A stretch of DNA of 64,000 bases. It comes from Eledone cirrhosa (Eukaryota). Numbering within the stretch: the stretch's first letter is position 1; each line of letters starts with the position of its first letter. Below are positions 1 to 14,469 of this stretch, in pieces. A program made the position numbers and the translations under genes. Under the pieces are notes generated by a model that ran no database searches, was not told the origin of the DNA, and saw nothing but the letters and a program-made list of their open reading frames with translations. The DNA is taken from positions 53,258,001 to 53,322,000 of the forward strand of contig OZ024747.1 in NCBI GenBank assembly GCA_964016885.1, in the 5' to 3' direction.

Positions 1-520
1 TACTCACTGTGCCACGGCTGTGGGTACTCGTGTTTGTGGAATGTTACTCACTGTGCCACGGCTGTTGGTACTCGTGTTTGTGGAATGTTACTCACTGTGC
101 CACGGCTGGGTACTCGTGTTTGTGGAATGTTACTCACTGTGCCACGGCTGTTGGTACTCGTGTTTGTGGAATGTTACTCACTGTGCCACGGCTGTTGATA
201 CTCGTGTTTGTGGAATGTGACTCACTGTGCCACGGCTGTTGGTACTCGTGTTTGTGGAATGTGACTCACTGTGCCACGGCTGTGGGTACTCGTGTCTGTG
301 GAATGTTACTCACTGTGCCACGGCTGTTGATACTCGTGTTTGTGGAATGTTACTCACTGTGCCACGGCTGTGGGTACTCGTGTCTGTGGAATGTTACTCA
401 CTGTGCCACGGCTGTTGATACTCGTGTCTGTGGAATGTTACTCACTGTGCCACGGCTGTGGGTACTCGTGTTTGTGGAATGTTACTCACTGTGCCACGGC
501 TGTGGGTACTCGTGTCTGTG
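1..520. repeat. 44-bp minisatellite (~12 copies, runs off the window start)
   Basis: Unit TACTCACTGTGCCACGGCTGTKGGTACTCGTGTYTGTGGAATGT recurs at 1, 45, 89 and onward. Confidence 0.95.
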
Positions 521-710
521 CTATGTTCAACTATTTGTATGTTATTTTCACGAGCAAACTGTTCCGTTGTTCGAACAACTGGATGACTCGTCGTCAAAAC
601 TGATGGAGGTCCATGACACAGACGGAGTGAAAGAAAAGTAAACTAAGAGCCACACTGATGGGCAGAGTGGGGGCTGGGAAAGCGACGGAGACAGGAAGAT
701 GCGAGCAGAT

Positions 711-747
<37 letters not shown>

Positions 748-962
748 GAAAAATATGGGGAGAAGAATACTGCATGGTTGCACATGGATAACATGTTATA
801 AAATGAGTCCATCATCAGTGATTTGCCAACGGTCATTGGTATTTCATTGCATTAAAAATCATATACCTCACGTTGGTGCAATAATAACTAAAATAAGTTA
901 TTAGGACAATTAAAACGCGTAAAGCGAGTGAGACAAGTAAACAACACAGGGGAAAGCTAACC

Positions 963-1011
<49 letters not shown>

Positions 1012-1053
1012 AGAAAAAAAGAGATTCAGTGTTGCGGCGAATGGAATTTATTG

Positions 1054-1149
1054 GACATATTACAATCGTTTCTCGAGCGACCAGCTCGAGGTACGATCGA
1101 TGTGATGATCGAGCCTGACTCTGAAAATCGCAAGGTCCTCAGATACGCC
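1054..1149 (-). ncRNA. Putative type-I hammerhead ribozyme with enlarged stem II
   Basis: Minus strand: GGCGTAT-CTGAGGA-(~63 nt with internal hairpins)-GAAA-CGATTG-TA-ATATGTC; stem I pairs with G-U; stem II closure is unclear. Confidence 0.5.
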
Positions 1150-1637
1150 TTGATTCTACGAAGCAAATTTTCCTGCTTCTTAGAATCAATACGTATCTGA
1201 GAGAGGGGGGTGGGGCAATATAGTTGAATTCTTTAACTGTGAATTATCTCAAGGAGAAAATATCGGCTCTGGGAACGGTGGAATAAATATGTAGAAGGAA
1301 TTAATGTTACTGAAATGTTCACTTTCCTTATTAAACTGTTTTGTTCATTATCAAAGATATCTTGTTATACATGTTTGAGTGTCTGTAGAGTTGTACGGAA
1401 CGAAAGAATGGGCCTCCGTCAGTTTCGCCGATCAGTGTTTCAGTTGGCCAATCAACGAAACAACCTGTTTATGAATTTAACCTGCATGTGGTGGTGCATT
1501 CTACAGACACTATCACCGTAACATAATACTCAGGGAGATTCAGCATGACAGTGAGTGACAAGGTTGGCACATTGAATTACGGTTTTTAGCGGAACATATG
1601 TATGATCTTGTGAACGTGCGTGGCTTATAGTTTAGAG

Positions 1638-1949
1638 CAGAGGTTCTCAAAGAGGGTGTTGCTGCCTCGCGGGGGGTGTTGAGAAGGACCAGGGGGCGGT
1701 AGAGATGATACAATAGTATATTAAATATCAAATGATACATATATATAAATATAGTATGAAACATATATAATATTTATTTATACATAGTATAAATTATATT
1801 ATTTTTTATATATAAATTAACGATTTTATTTATTATATATTATTTAGGATTTGTGTGTAGGCAGGTTTCTCAGGAAATAGGGGTGGGTGTGCTGAGGGTA
1901 TTGCATGGCCGTGAGGTGGGTGGTGACCCAAAAAGTTTGACAACCTCTG
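1638..1949. mobile_element. hAT-type MITE
   Basis: TIRs CAGAGGTTCTCAAA / TTTGACAACCTCTG; 8-bp TSD GTTTAGAG / GCTTAGAG. Confidence 0.8.
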
Positions 1950-2750
1950 GCTTAGAGTTTTTGGCTCATGTTTCAGAATCCTCATTCCTGCTCCCTCATC
2001 CCAAAAATCTGGTGGGTCCTGGGGAGGGTTATGGACATTACTCAATCCACCCGACTATACCAATTCGCCAATTCGCCACCTTCTACTGCAAGAAAAAAAA
2101 CAAAAAAAAACAAAAAAAAACAACATAGAAAGCGTACATCATTTTCTAATTTTATTCATATCCCACGTAAGAAACATCCATAAAGTCTATTTTATTCACA
2201 TACCACGTAAGAAATATCCACGAAATCTATTTTCAATGAAAAAGTCTTTTGTTGAAATTTATGTCTTTAGTACTCCGTTATCTAACGTAGTTTTTTCTTG
2301 TATTTCCAAGAAATTATATCAATTTGTAATCAGAGTTCATTTGGTTCAGCTAAAATATTTTAAGCACTCATTGTATAGTATATTAGATTAATGCTTCTTT
2401 TGTTGACCCTCGGTGAGTAAGGGACATATATTTGCTTAGAATTTGTAGAGATATTGAGAGATGGATTCAAAGGTAAAGTGGGAGGGGGAGGGGGAGGGAA
2501 AGAAAAAGGAAAACATTACACATACACACACGTATATATATATATAAATATATATATATATATGTACACACACACACACACACACATATATATATGTATA
2601 TATATATATATATATGCATACCTACATGCATATGTGCATACATATATGTATACGAACATGCATGTGTGCATACATATATGTATGCATACATGCATGTATA
2701 TATATATATATATATGCATGTATATATATATATATATATATATATACATG

Positions 2751-2788
<38 letters not shown>

Positions 2789-2824
2789 AGTGTGTGTGTA
2801 CGTACATGGACGTGTATATATATG

Positions 2825-2902
<78 letters not shown>

Positions 2903-2903
2903 C

Positions 2904-3357
<454 letters not shown>

Positions 3358-3802
3358 TATATATATATATATATACATATATATACCCGTCCATGTATAT
3401 ATACGTACATACATGCATGTGTGGATATATATATGTACATATATGTACGTATGCATATATATATACATATATACATGTATGTGTGCATATATATATAACA
3501 CATATTGTGAGAGAGAGAAAGAGAGAGATAAACAGAGAGATGAAAATGTAAATACAGACAGGGGGGGGGGAGGAAGAATGGAAGCCCAGAGAGAGGGGGA
3601 GGAGGTGATGAAATAACCATAGTTTAAATTATTTCCAGTAATGGTATCAACATTGTTATAACTTAAATGGAAATCAAGTAGTAATAGAAATAGTACTGGT
3701 AGTAGTAATAGTGGTGGTAGTAGTAATAACAGGAGTAGTGGTAGTCGTTAGCAGTAGTAGCAGCAGTAGTTTTCCCAAAGTTGTTCTTGTAGAACAAGTC
3801 TT

Positions 3803-3883
<81 letters not shown>

Positions 3884-3938
3884 ATATATATATATCAATG
3901 ATATTAATAAATGGAAACTATATTTATAAAACGATATT

Positions 3939-3999
3939 TATTCTATTATATATATTTCAAGGGTACCAAAACTTTGGTACGCTCTCATCAGATAAAATA
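3939..3999 (-). ncRNA. Minimal type-I hammerhead ribozyme
   Basis: Inverted copy of 4106-4166. Confidence 0.8.
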
Positions 4000-4105
4000 C
4001 AAAGTTTTATTTTATAAATATTGACATACCCAGGAATGAGAACTTAACGGTCCAAAGTTTCAAGTTTCATTCCTGGGTATGTCAATATTTATAAAACAAG
4101 CTTTG

Positions 4106-4166
4106 TATTTTATCTGATGAGAGCGTACCAAAGTTTTGGTACCCTTGAAATATATATAATAGAATA
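4106..4166 (+). ncRNA. Minimal type-I hammerhead ribozyme
   Basis: TATTTTAT-CTGATGA-GAGCGTACCAAAG/TTTTGGTACCCTT-GAAA-TATATA-TA-ATAGAATA. Confidence 0.85.
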
Positions 4167-4481
4167 AATATGGTTTTATAAATATAGTTTCCATTTATTA
4201 ATATCAATGATATTATATTCCAGAAAATCTGTCGAGTGCTTCGAATCGGTTATAAATATATATATTTGTTGAATTACCAACAAATTCAATATCCCTTTGC
4301 TTATATATATATATATATATATATATGTAGATAAATCTACCAAGAGTTTACGGTAGTGTCCAATCCGTATGAAGAACTCAATGTAATCCGGATATCATGG
4401 AAAGAAGAGATGCAATGAAAAATCACTTTCGGTGAAAGATAAACGGAATACAGAGTCATTGTTTTATTCATTATTTTTTTA

Positions 4482-4564
<83 letters not shown>

Positions 4565-4569
<5 letters not shown>

Positions 4570-5040
4570 TATTAAAGTTTGCTTGAAGCATTGTGGAATA
4601 ATAAGATATATTTCTTTAGGTCGTTTTGGAAGCCTCAACAATGCAGATGGGTAATACTCCGGGTAACAAGATCCGGTGGTGAAGAGAAAGATTTAAGTGA
4701 ATGTAAATTGAGATGTATAGTGTGTAGAAGAGCGTAGGAAAGATATTCAAAACAACGAACAGCGGAGGACACGTTTCGCACCTTTCCGAAAGACAAACTC
4801 CCCCCCCCCCCGGAAAAACCCCCAGTTGATGGATGTGAATCCGAAATATATAGGGACAATTATATCTTTCCCAAGGTAACTCTATCTCGTGTTATTATTA
4901 TTTTTTTTACGCTCTTTCCTACGTTCTTCTACACACTATACATCTCAATCTACATTCACTTACATCTCACCACCGGATCTTGTTACCCGGAGAATTACCC
5001 ATCTGCATTGTTGAGGCTTCCAAAACGTCCTAAAGAAATA
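4565..5040 (-). repeat. Inverted-repeat element with one-sided tail in (TA)n
   Basis: Arms ~4608-4743 and ~4913-5040; tail 4565-4607 resembles 25707-25731. Confidence 0.7.
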
Positions 5041-5153
5041 TATATATATATATATATATAATATATGTATATATATATATATATATGTATGTTTGTATAT
5101 ATATACCCATATACATATATATATAAATATAAATATATATATATGTATGTTTG

Positions 5154-5236
<83 letters not shown>

Positions 5237-5289
5237 GAAAGGTATAGAAAACATTGTAGCAAAAAAAAAAAAAAAATATATATATATAT

Positions 5290-5378
5290 GTAGGAGGTGA
5301 GTTTTATTGTAGCACAATAAAGCAATGCAAATATCGGATAAGTAGCACTCAACAGTTTATAGGACTGGAGTATAAGTA
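5290..5378 (-). mobile_element. Inverted 3' tail segment abutting the truncated PLE
   Basis: Reverse complement closely matches 46431-46519, which also abuts a truncated copy of the same PLE family. Confidence 0.75.
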
Positions 5379-5399
5379 AGTGACTGGTTCAATGACCTG

Positions 5400-7068
5400 A
5401 ATAATAAATACAAACAAAAATGTATTCAGTTTGACATTGCCAGTTACTATTCTTCTATTTCGCCTTCACTCCTCAACAACGCTCTATCTTTCGCACTTAA
5501 ATATTCTGACATTACCACAGATGAACTATACATCATTCTCACCGCAAGAAAAACTATCTTGGAATTCAACAACGAATATTGGACTAGAACTGATACTTCC
5601 AACAATTTTGATATCACAATGGGTGCGTCTGATTCATCGCAACTAACGGACTTGATTGGTATCTTTATTTTGAATTCTTTAAATCAGAAAATTCCTCAAC
5701 TTCGCGGTGGAATTTATTGTGACGATGTCCTTTTTACTGTCTTAAACTGTAACTTAGTTAACCTTAATATTATTAAGAACATTATACTTGATCTAATTAA
5801 GCACCATAACCTTAAAATTGAATTTGATAACAACGTCAAACTAGCTAACTTCCTGGATATATCCCTTAATCTTGACACTAGCCTATATTACCCTTACCAT
5901 AAAGACAATAAGAATCTAAATTATGTTAATTTTAAATCTAACCACCCCACTAACGTTAAAAATGCTATAGTCAGTAATGTTGAAAAAAGAATCTCAAATC
6001 TATCCTCTAATAAAGTTATCTTCGACGCTAATGCCAATTACTATAATAATGCGCTTTCCAAAGCCGGTTATCCTGATAAAATTAAATACAGTAAATAAAC
6101 CAATCATCGAAGGACTTATAGTAAAATAGTTAATTATGAACATTCCAATAACTTACATAAAATACCTAGATACAAAAATAGAATTTGGCATAATGCTCCT
6201 TTTTCTCTATCTATTACTAGTAATATTCCTAAACTATTCTTTAGGGCCTTAGATAAATGCTTCCCTCCCTCGCATATCTATAGTAAAATCTTTAACAAAT
6301 ATACAATCACATTCTCTTATTCCACCACTTCCAACATTTCTAAAATTATCTCTAAACACAATAATAAAATATTAAATAATAAATTATATCCATCCAACAC
6401 TTAGCGTCATAATAATAGCAATAGTAAACCCGACGTCAATGTTAACTCTAGGCTAGATTCAGTAAATTTAAATACGACGTCAAACGTAACTTCGTTGAAT
6501 GTTCATAACACCAATCTAAATCAGGAAACTATAGTTCCTATCGTAACTAATTTCTCCAATCCAATTCCTTCTATAAATAATACTAGGCCATTTGTTAATA
6601 ACTGTTAATTTCTCTAATCGTAATTGTAATTGCCCTGTTAGAACTAAATGTCCTCTTAATAACCAATGTCTTGATAAAAACTTAGTGTATGAATGTAAGG
6701 TTATAACTGGTACTAATTCTTTTACCTATTTCGGTTCCACTTCCACTTCCTTTAAAGCAAGATTTTATAATCACAATTCGTCTTTTAAATACCAACTTAA
6801 AAGAACTAACACGGCACTTTCGGAACTCATATGGTCCTTAAAAGACAAAAATATTAACTATAACATCTCTTGGAGGAAGGTTTGCAACGCCTTTCCTTAC
6901 CAGAATTCTTCCCTATCCAGAACATGTAATCACTGCCTAGCCGAGAAATTTACCATTATATCTAATTTTAATTCTATAATAAATAGACGTACGGATTTAT
7001 TTTCGCTCTGCTTGCATAAATCCCATAGAACTTTCCATAAAGTATACAGCTATTATCTCAATACCTAA
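5400..7068 (+). pseudogene. Penelope-like (Neptune-type) RT + GIY-YIG ORF, 5'-truncated and disrupted
   Basis: RT motifs ITMGASDSSQLTDL, GIYCDD, FLDISL, YVNFKSNHP; linker CNC..CPL..CL; GIY-YIG VYEC...YFGST...FKARFYNH; stops and frameshifts between ORFs 5559-6098 and 6592-7068. Confidence 0.92.
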
Positions 7069-8053
7069 TTAGTTTAAAATCTTCTTTTCTCAAATGCTTT
7101 TATAACTTTTACAAATATACCCATCTTTCTACCTTATTTCAGTATATTATATTATACAATTACTCATTCTATGTCGTTAGAGGTCCCCTATCTTCTTCTT
7201 TTTATCCTTTTTCCTTTCTTCCTTTTTTATTTTTTAATTTCTAATCTTTAATCTGTAACTTTTACTTCTCAATCACTTCTTAATTCATATTATTACTCAC
7301 TATAGCATTTTCCATTTTTCATTATATTCTTGGCCATACAAACTATATTTTTTAATATATAATAATATTACCATTAATAAATTTATGTAAACATATATAC
7401 TTTTCTGACGTTATATATTTTTTCCTCCTTAAATTTTCTTCTTTCTTCTCTCCTTCCGTGCTCGTATTAAACCTATTATTTACTTTTACATATTACAATA
7501 CATAAAAACAAACTTAAACCCTAACTAATTCCTCTAAGTTCATAATTCATTTAATCTCTCCTTCATTCACATTATATCCTTAATATCCTTAATATTTTTA
7601 TTTTAATAATACATATTAATAAATTCTTTTTTTTTCGCACATATTATTAAACCCTTCAATATATAAACCTTAAATAAATACTATTCTTAATTCCTTTTTC
7701 TTTAATCATAAACATCACCATTCATAAACCTCATTAACTTTTAATTTCAAAATCTTTTAAAATTATCTATTATCTTTCAACGGTTTTTTAATTTCCCTCT
7801 GTGAGACAATGTTTTCTCAGTTGTAAAGGCTATTTCTCTCTCTCTATCACTCATTTCTCCTCCTCTCTCATCCTTCCTTCTTATACTCCTCCCCCGCCAT
7901 CCTTTATTTTCTTTCTTCCTCTTCCTTACTTTTTTCCTACACCCTCCCCTCCTTTTTTCCAAACCTCATATATCCATCTTACTTTATTTTCCATATGTTG
8001 ATTTAACACTTCATTGCTCGCAAGTGTTTTTTAAGCTTCATATCATGTCTCCC

Positions 8054-8124
8054 TATTTTATCTGATGAGAACGCAAATATCATCCAATGATGATATTTGT
8101 TTTTGAAATGCGCATAATAAAATA
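8054..8124 (+). ncRNA. Minimal hammerhead ribozyme in the PLE 3' pLTR
   Basis: TATTTTAT-CTGATGA-16-bp stem II-GAAA-TGCGCA-TA-ATAAAATA; palindromic stem III loop. Confidence 0.9.
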
Positions 8125-8157
8125 CTTGGAACTCTTTTAACCATCTTTTGATCTTAT

Positions 8158-8196
<39 letters not shown>

Positions 8197-8216
8197 TTAT
8201 GTATATATATATATAT

Positions 8217-8972
8217 ACCTAAATGGCAATTTCTGTCTGTTTGTGTGTTTGTTTGTTTCTGAACCTAAAACTAAAAAAACTACCAAACTGATCTTGATGA
8301 AACTTGACACGTGTGTGGGGTTATTGCCCATTTGATTTCTTACGTATATTTCATTTTATTCAAAGGGTTACCCGGGGTCTCAAACCCCCACTTAAAACCT
8401 CCGCCTAAAATTTTTTACCTCCGATTTATATGACAAGATATGATGCCTATTCACAAACTTTCAGCAAATTTCAATAATATTAAGACACCCTAATGGGGTT
8501 AAACCCTATAGTGAACATTTTGGCCAATAAATGGAACAAGATTTCACGAACTCTTCCTATGATTTGGGAGATAGACCCCCATAACCATATACATTCTGAA
8601 ACTACATTTCCCAGGGTACTTGGATAAGTAAATTTCATTTTAATCAAAGAGTTCCCCGGGGACACAAAACCCGCGCTGAAATTTTTTCCCTTCGATTTAT
8701 ATGAAATTTAAGCCATAGATAAATTGAATTGATATTTTGAAAAAATATCATTATATTTTGAAACAAAATAAGAATAAGATTTAATAATGTAATTTTGATT
8801 GGATATATTTAAAAAAAAAAATGTTTTCCAATGTTTCATGCATTGCATTTTACATTGAGTAATATTGAAATGCAGAGTTTTCTCCATAAATGATATCACT
8901 GATTTAAAATCGATCATCATTTTCTTACAAAAAATAATGTGTGAAACGCAGCAAGGCGCGGGTAATTCGGCT

Positions 8973-8977
<5 letters not shown>
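8217..8977 (+). mobile_element. Non-autonomous Helitron-like element
   Basis: 5' GTCTGTTTGTGTGTTTG tract and GATCTTGATGAAACTTG; 3' GC-rich motif GCAGCAAGGCGCGGG followed by a CTAG-like end (CTAC). Confidence 0.55.
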
Positions 8978-9024
<47 letters not shown>

Positions 9025-9122
9025 TAAAAGGAATTCCAACTTTGTTTGTCTGATTTACTCGTTTTATTTACAATCCTTTAAAATTTATAATGGTATTAGA
9101 ATGAAATAGTATGGTAGAATAT

Positions 9123-9233
<111 letters not shown>

Positions 9234-9254
9234 ATATTAATATATATATATATG

Positions 9255-9725
9255 GAAAAAATGAAACGAAATTTCATTTCTTAAATATAAGTATATATAC
9301 GTACATACATATATGTATACAGACGTACAGTAGTATGTATATATATATATACATACATGCACACATATATATACATGTACGTATGGATTCACCGAACATT
9401 TATTATAATGTGCGGTGTGTTTGCAAACAAACATCCCGAATTAAGCCGTACAGTGTCTAGCAACCATCGTTGTTCATTTGTTCAACACTGACAAAGGAAC
9501 GCTCTACTAGTTTCAAGCTTATTAGCTATCGTCAGCAACGTATACCTTCCTGCCAGATGATTGAACGTCTGAAAGTATATACTTTCCTTATGCATATTAA
9601 CGGCTGAGCAGCCTAATTTACATATCGAGTGAGTTAATCGGCCGGGGCCCTGAAAACGATACACGGAAAAAATGAAACGAATTTCATTTCTCACTCTTAG
9701 TACGGCTGTTACTTAAATATAAGTA
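9255..9725. repeat. Dispersed unclassified repeat
   Basis: Segments recur inverted at ~42635-43018 and ~27955-28170. Confidence 0.8.
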
Positions 9726-9789
9726 TGTATACATATATGTATGTACGTATACATAATTATATATATATGCATATATATATATATATAAA

Positions 9790-9867
<78 letters not shown>

Positions 9868-9887
9868 TATATATATATATATATATA

Positions 9888-10770
<883 letters not shown>

Positions 10771-10988
10771 CAGATATTATATATATATATATATATATAT
10801 TTAATACAATAACAGAGATAGTTTAAAGCTAAACTCTGACTGGTAACCATCTCACTCAACAAACATTAGGTTATATTTTAATATAAACCCAATTTTAAGT
10901 GTTTGGGGTGCTAACAATATGTATTATGTGGAAAAGCCAGTTGTATTATTTTATGAGATATAATTAAAGTTAAAATATATCTCTCTTT

Positions 10989-11051
<63 letters not shown>

Positions 11052-11056
<5 letters not shown>

Positions 11057-11574
11057 TACGCCCGGTATTCGAGGAATTTTCCTTAGAACCTAACTAATAA
11101 TTGTTTGTGGAAACACCCACATATTCGCGGAATCGTAAATATGTTCCGCGATATTCTAATGGGTGGCAATATATATATTTTTAACGCTAAATTATTAATA
11201 ATAATTGTTATTAATAATAATTGTTTCTACTTTTGCTACAAGGCCAGCAAAATTACCCAGTGTATTACTGGTACTTTATTTTATCGACCCGATAAGGATG
11301 AAAGGCAAAGTTAACCTCGGCGGTATTTGAACTCAGAATGGTAAGGGCCGTAACTCTATGCGTCAAAGCATGGCGTCCGACCTCCTACCGATACTGCCAA
11401 TCCAATAATAATATACCGTATTTGCCAGCCTAATGGACGTCCCTTCGCATAAGATGCTCGCTCTTTTTTTTTAAATTCTACTTTACGTTATATTTTGACT
11501 TTTATAGCCATTTTTATGACCACGTCCAATATTCGCGGTTTTTCGCTCATCGCAAATACCGGGGGACTACTGTA
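11052..11574. mobile_element. pogo/Tigger-like MITE containing a SINE
   Basis: Degenerate TIRs TAGTGTACGCCCGGTATTCG / CAAATACCGGGGGACTACTGTA with TA flanks. Confidence 0.55.
11218..11405 (-). mobile_element. tRNA-derived SINE
   Basis: Same family as 14883-15072. Confidence 0.88.
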
Positions 11575-11578
11575 TACA

Positions 11579-11619
<41 letters not shown>

Positions 11620-11620
<1 letters not shown>

Positions 11621-11819
11621 CGAGGGAAAAGTGGTAAGGAACCAGGTGGACCATAACGCACCAAAGTACTCAATACTTAGGGTAGTAGAGTGGGTAATAG
11701 GAGTAAGTAAGACCCCGACGGCTGAGCTCAAGCCGTTTCGACGGCTAATTCTGTACTCAATTCTGTACAGAATTAGCCGTCGAAACGGCTTGAGCTCAGC
11801 CGTCGGGGTCTTACTTACT

Positions 11820-11823
<4 letters not shown>
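11620..11823 (-). mobile_element. Hairpin+tail element, copy 2
   Basis: Homologous to 2989-3185; (TA)n flanks. Confidence 0.9.
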
Positions 11824-11865
<42 letters not shown>

Positions 11866-12089
11866 TTCATGCAATTGGCTTATGTTTCGTCACTATATAT
11901 ATATATATATATATAGAATTCACAAGAATCAAAGCTATGTTCAAAGCATTTATCCACTTACAATTGTTTCATCCAAACCTAGGCTTGGAGTCTTATAAGG
12001 TAGTAATAAATTACTGACCTTCACTGTTTAGGATTTAAAATGTATATACTATAACATTTTTAGTATATACATAACCATAAATAGTATCC

Positions 12090-12145
<56 letters not shown>

Positions 12146-12149
<4 letters not shown>

Positions 12150-12516
12150 AATGAATAATAACAGGTAGACATCAGTAAAAATGAATAATAACAGGTAGAC
12201 ATCATAAAAAGGTAATTTATTCCGTGTGCTTACAGCATTTGATATTTGAGTTCTGCAAATAGCTGTAAATTTGCACATAGTATAACTAGGCTGTATTACC
12301 ACCGTGGAAACATTTGTAAGCACACGGAATAAATTACCTTTTTATGATGTCTACCTGTTATTATTCATTCTTTATTTACACTCCGGAATACAGAAGGATC
12401 AGGAACTAAGTTTCTTCAACAATTCTTCCATAACTCGTTGAGTAACCTCTCACCGTACGTCAACCATATCCAGTGTAGTAATTAACCATTACTACATCTA
12501 GGATAATCCTATACCT
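12146..12516 (+). mobile_element. Inverted-arm + tail element with an HHR 3' half
   Basis: Arms ~12146-12234 and 12316-12374; GAAA-CATTTG-TA at 12307-12318; tail with ACTC...GAGT. Confidence 0.65.
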
Positions 12517-12599
12517 AATATATATATATAGAGAGAGAGAGAGAGAAATGACTTCTACAGGACTAGAACTGTTTCATTTGAAAGGAATCACAAACAGAC

Positions 12600-12640
<41 letters not shown>

Positions 12641-12653
12641 ACACACACACACA

Positions 12654-12734
<81 letters not shown>

Positions 12735-12859
12735 GCGCACACACACACACGCGCGCACACACACACACATATACGTATATATATTGTTTAGAACCGGTTA
12801 ACTAGCAGTACTTAAGTGATTATTTTAATTAATGTTGAATCGGGGCAGGGGAAAGTTGA

Positions 12860-13012
12860 TTAAATCTACCCCAGTGCATTAATGGTACTTTATTTTATCA
12901 ACCCCACTAAGGATGAAAGGCAAAGCTAACCTCGGTGGGATTTGAATTCAGAGCATAAAGGGCCGTAGCTCTATGCTGCAAAACATGTTGTCCAACGCTC
13001 TACCGATACTGC
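12860..13012 (-). mobile_element. tRNA-derived SINE
   Basis: Same family as 14883-15072. Confidence 0.8.
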
Positions 13013-13744
13013 CGGATTGGAAGGGGATCATACAATAAAGTACTGCAAAATAAAGTACTGGATCGATTAAATTAATCCAGTACTTTATTTATTTTATCGA
13101 TCATGTCAGGATGTTTGTTGTCAAAATAATAAAAACAAAGTTGAGTGAGTTTGTTTTTTTCTTCACTAACTCATATTGTGTATTGGAACTGGTGTCGCTA
13201 AAGTCGTAATCTAATTTCTACTATAAACACTAACGGAAGTAAATAGTCGCATGTTGTCTTAGTATGTTATTATCGTTGCTGTTACTTACTACTATCGTTA
13301 AAACAGTGAATTTGTAGAGTCGTTCGTACGTCAGGTTACAAGCCTTACCTCTGTATAGCGGATCGCTACGCTCTAAGTTCAAACCCCAGCAAGGGGTATA
13401 TCTATAGTAAATATTAAGGCTTTGAAGTGGCAGAGTCTTCACGAAGTCTGATACAATGCTACGTGGTATTTGTTTTTGCACGCTGAGTTCAAATCAACTT
13501 TTGAGATCGATAAATAAATTACCAGTCCAATACTAAAATCGATTTCTTTTTCACCCCCTTCTACCTATCTATCTACCTACCCCCCCCCTCTCCATCTCTC
13601 TCTGTGGAAGAAATTGGCAGTACTCGGACCTGAAGACTGATAGGCTCCGCCAACCTTAAAGTACCAAAGCCATACCCTGTGTCAGCACGGCCACCTTACA
13701 ACTCCAGGAGAGCTTAAGAGCCCTTTATTTACGTACGTCCAACA

Positions 13745-13921
13745 ACGTGCTGTGCTATTTAGTCACAGCTCTTTACGTTCTCAAGTGTCAAATTCTACCG
13801 AGATCAACATTGCCTTTTATTCTTCCAGGATCGATAATATAAAGTACCAGCCAAATATAGGTTTCGGTGAATCGACGTCCCACTCCCCTTAAATTGCTGG
13901 CCTCGTGCCTTAATTAGAAAC
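13745..13921 (+). mobile_element. Diverged tRNA-derived SINE
   Basis: TTGCCTTT...TCGATAA...AAGTACCAG core and AATTGCTGGCCTCGTGCC 3' end. Confidence 0.65.
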
Positions 13922-14069
13922 AAGAGGTGTTCTTGCTGAAATATACCTTAAGATCAAGTAAGACCATTTATCAAAGATGTTCCAACCGTGACTATCAAGG
14001 TTTTTAGGAATATGTTTGGTTACACAATCTGACAGAATTTCCCCCCCCCCCCCAATTTAAGGCCGTAGG

Positions 14070-14361
14070 CAGGGCTGGATTTAATGGTGATGTGCAAAGG
14101 AGGCAATTGCCCCGGGCCCTCTGCATTGGGAGCCCTACCAGCGACCGCCGTACCAATTTATTTGTGCCTACAAGTTTTAGGATGGTTAGAATTTTTGAAT
14201 TTAATACTTGTATGTATAACTTTTCAATTCCACTTTAATTGCGCCAAGCTAACTTTGGTATGTAAGATTGGGCGGTTGGCTCTGTATTCTAATATTTTGT
14301 GTATGAGGGGCTCCCCAAACCCGAGGGACCCCGGACCTCCCAAGGTCTAAATCCAACACTG
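14070..14361. mobile_element. hAT-type MITE
   Basis: TIRs CAGGGCTGGATTTA / TAAATCCAACACTG; 8-bp TSD GCCGTAGG / GCCGTAGT. Confidence 0.8.
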
Positions 14362-14469
14362 GCCGTAGTGTAGTGTGTGATTTGAAAGGAATTTGGCTGC
14401 TATTTCTAGAAGGTCTATCAAACACAGAAGCTCTACTCTGGCTCCCGTAACTAATGTCGTTGTGGCTAG

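Larger units (their letters stand above)
3900..4300 (+). mobile_element. Inverted pair of PLE pLTR 3' ends plus tail
   Basis: Arms ~3900-4045 and ~4062-4205, each with an HHR; tail 4206-4300; (TA)n flanks; related to 28704-28958 and 47875-48058. Confidence 0.8.

Noticed and set aside
1-520. CRISPR-like regular repeats (also 40120-41410)
   Set aside because: Head-to-tail units with no unique spacers, no cas genes and a eukaryotic context
9-641. 210-aa Cys/His-rich ORF
   Set aside because: Product of the 44-bp minisatellite cycling through frames
800-900. CTGATGA and GAAA on the minus strand (repeat shared with ~30915-31010)
   Set aside because: Order and spacing leave no viable stem I; kept only as a dispersed repeat
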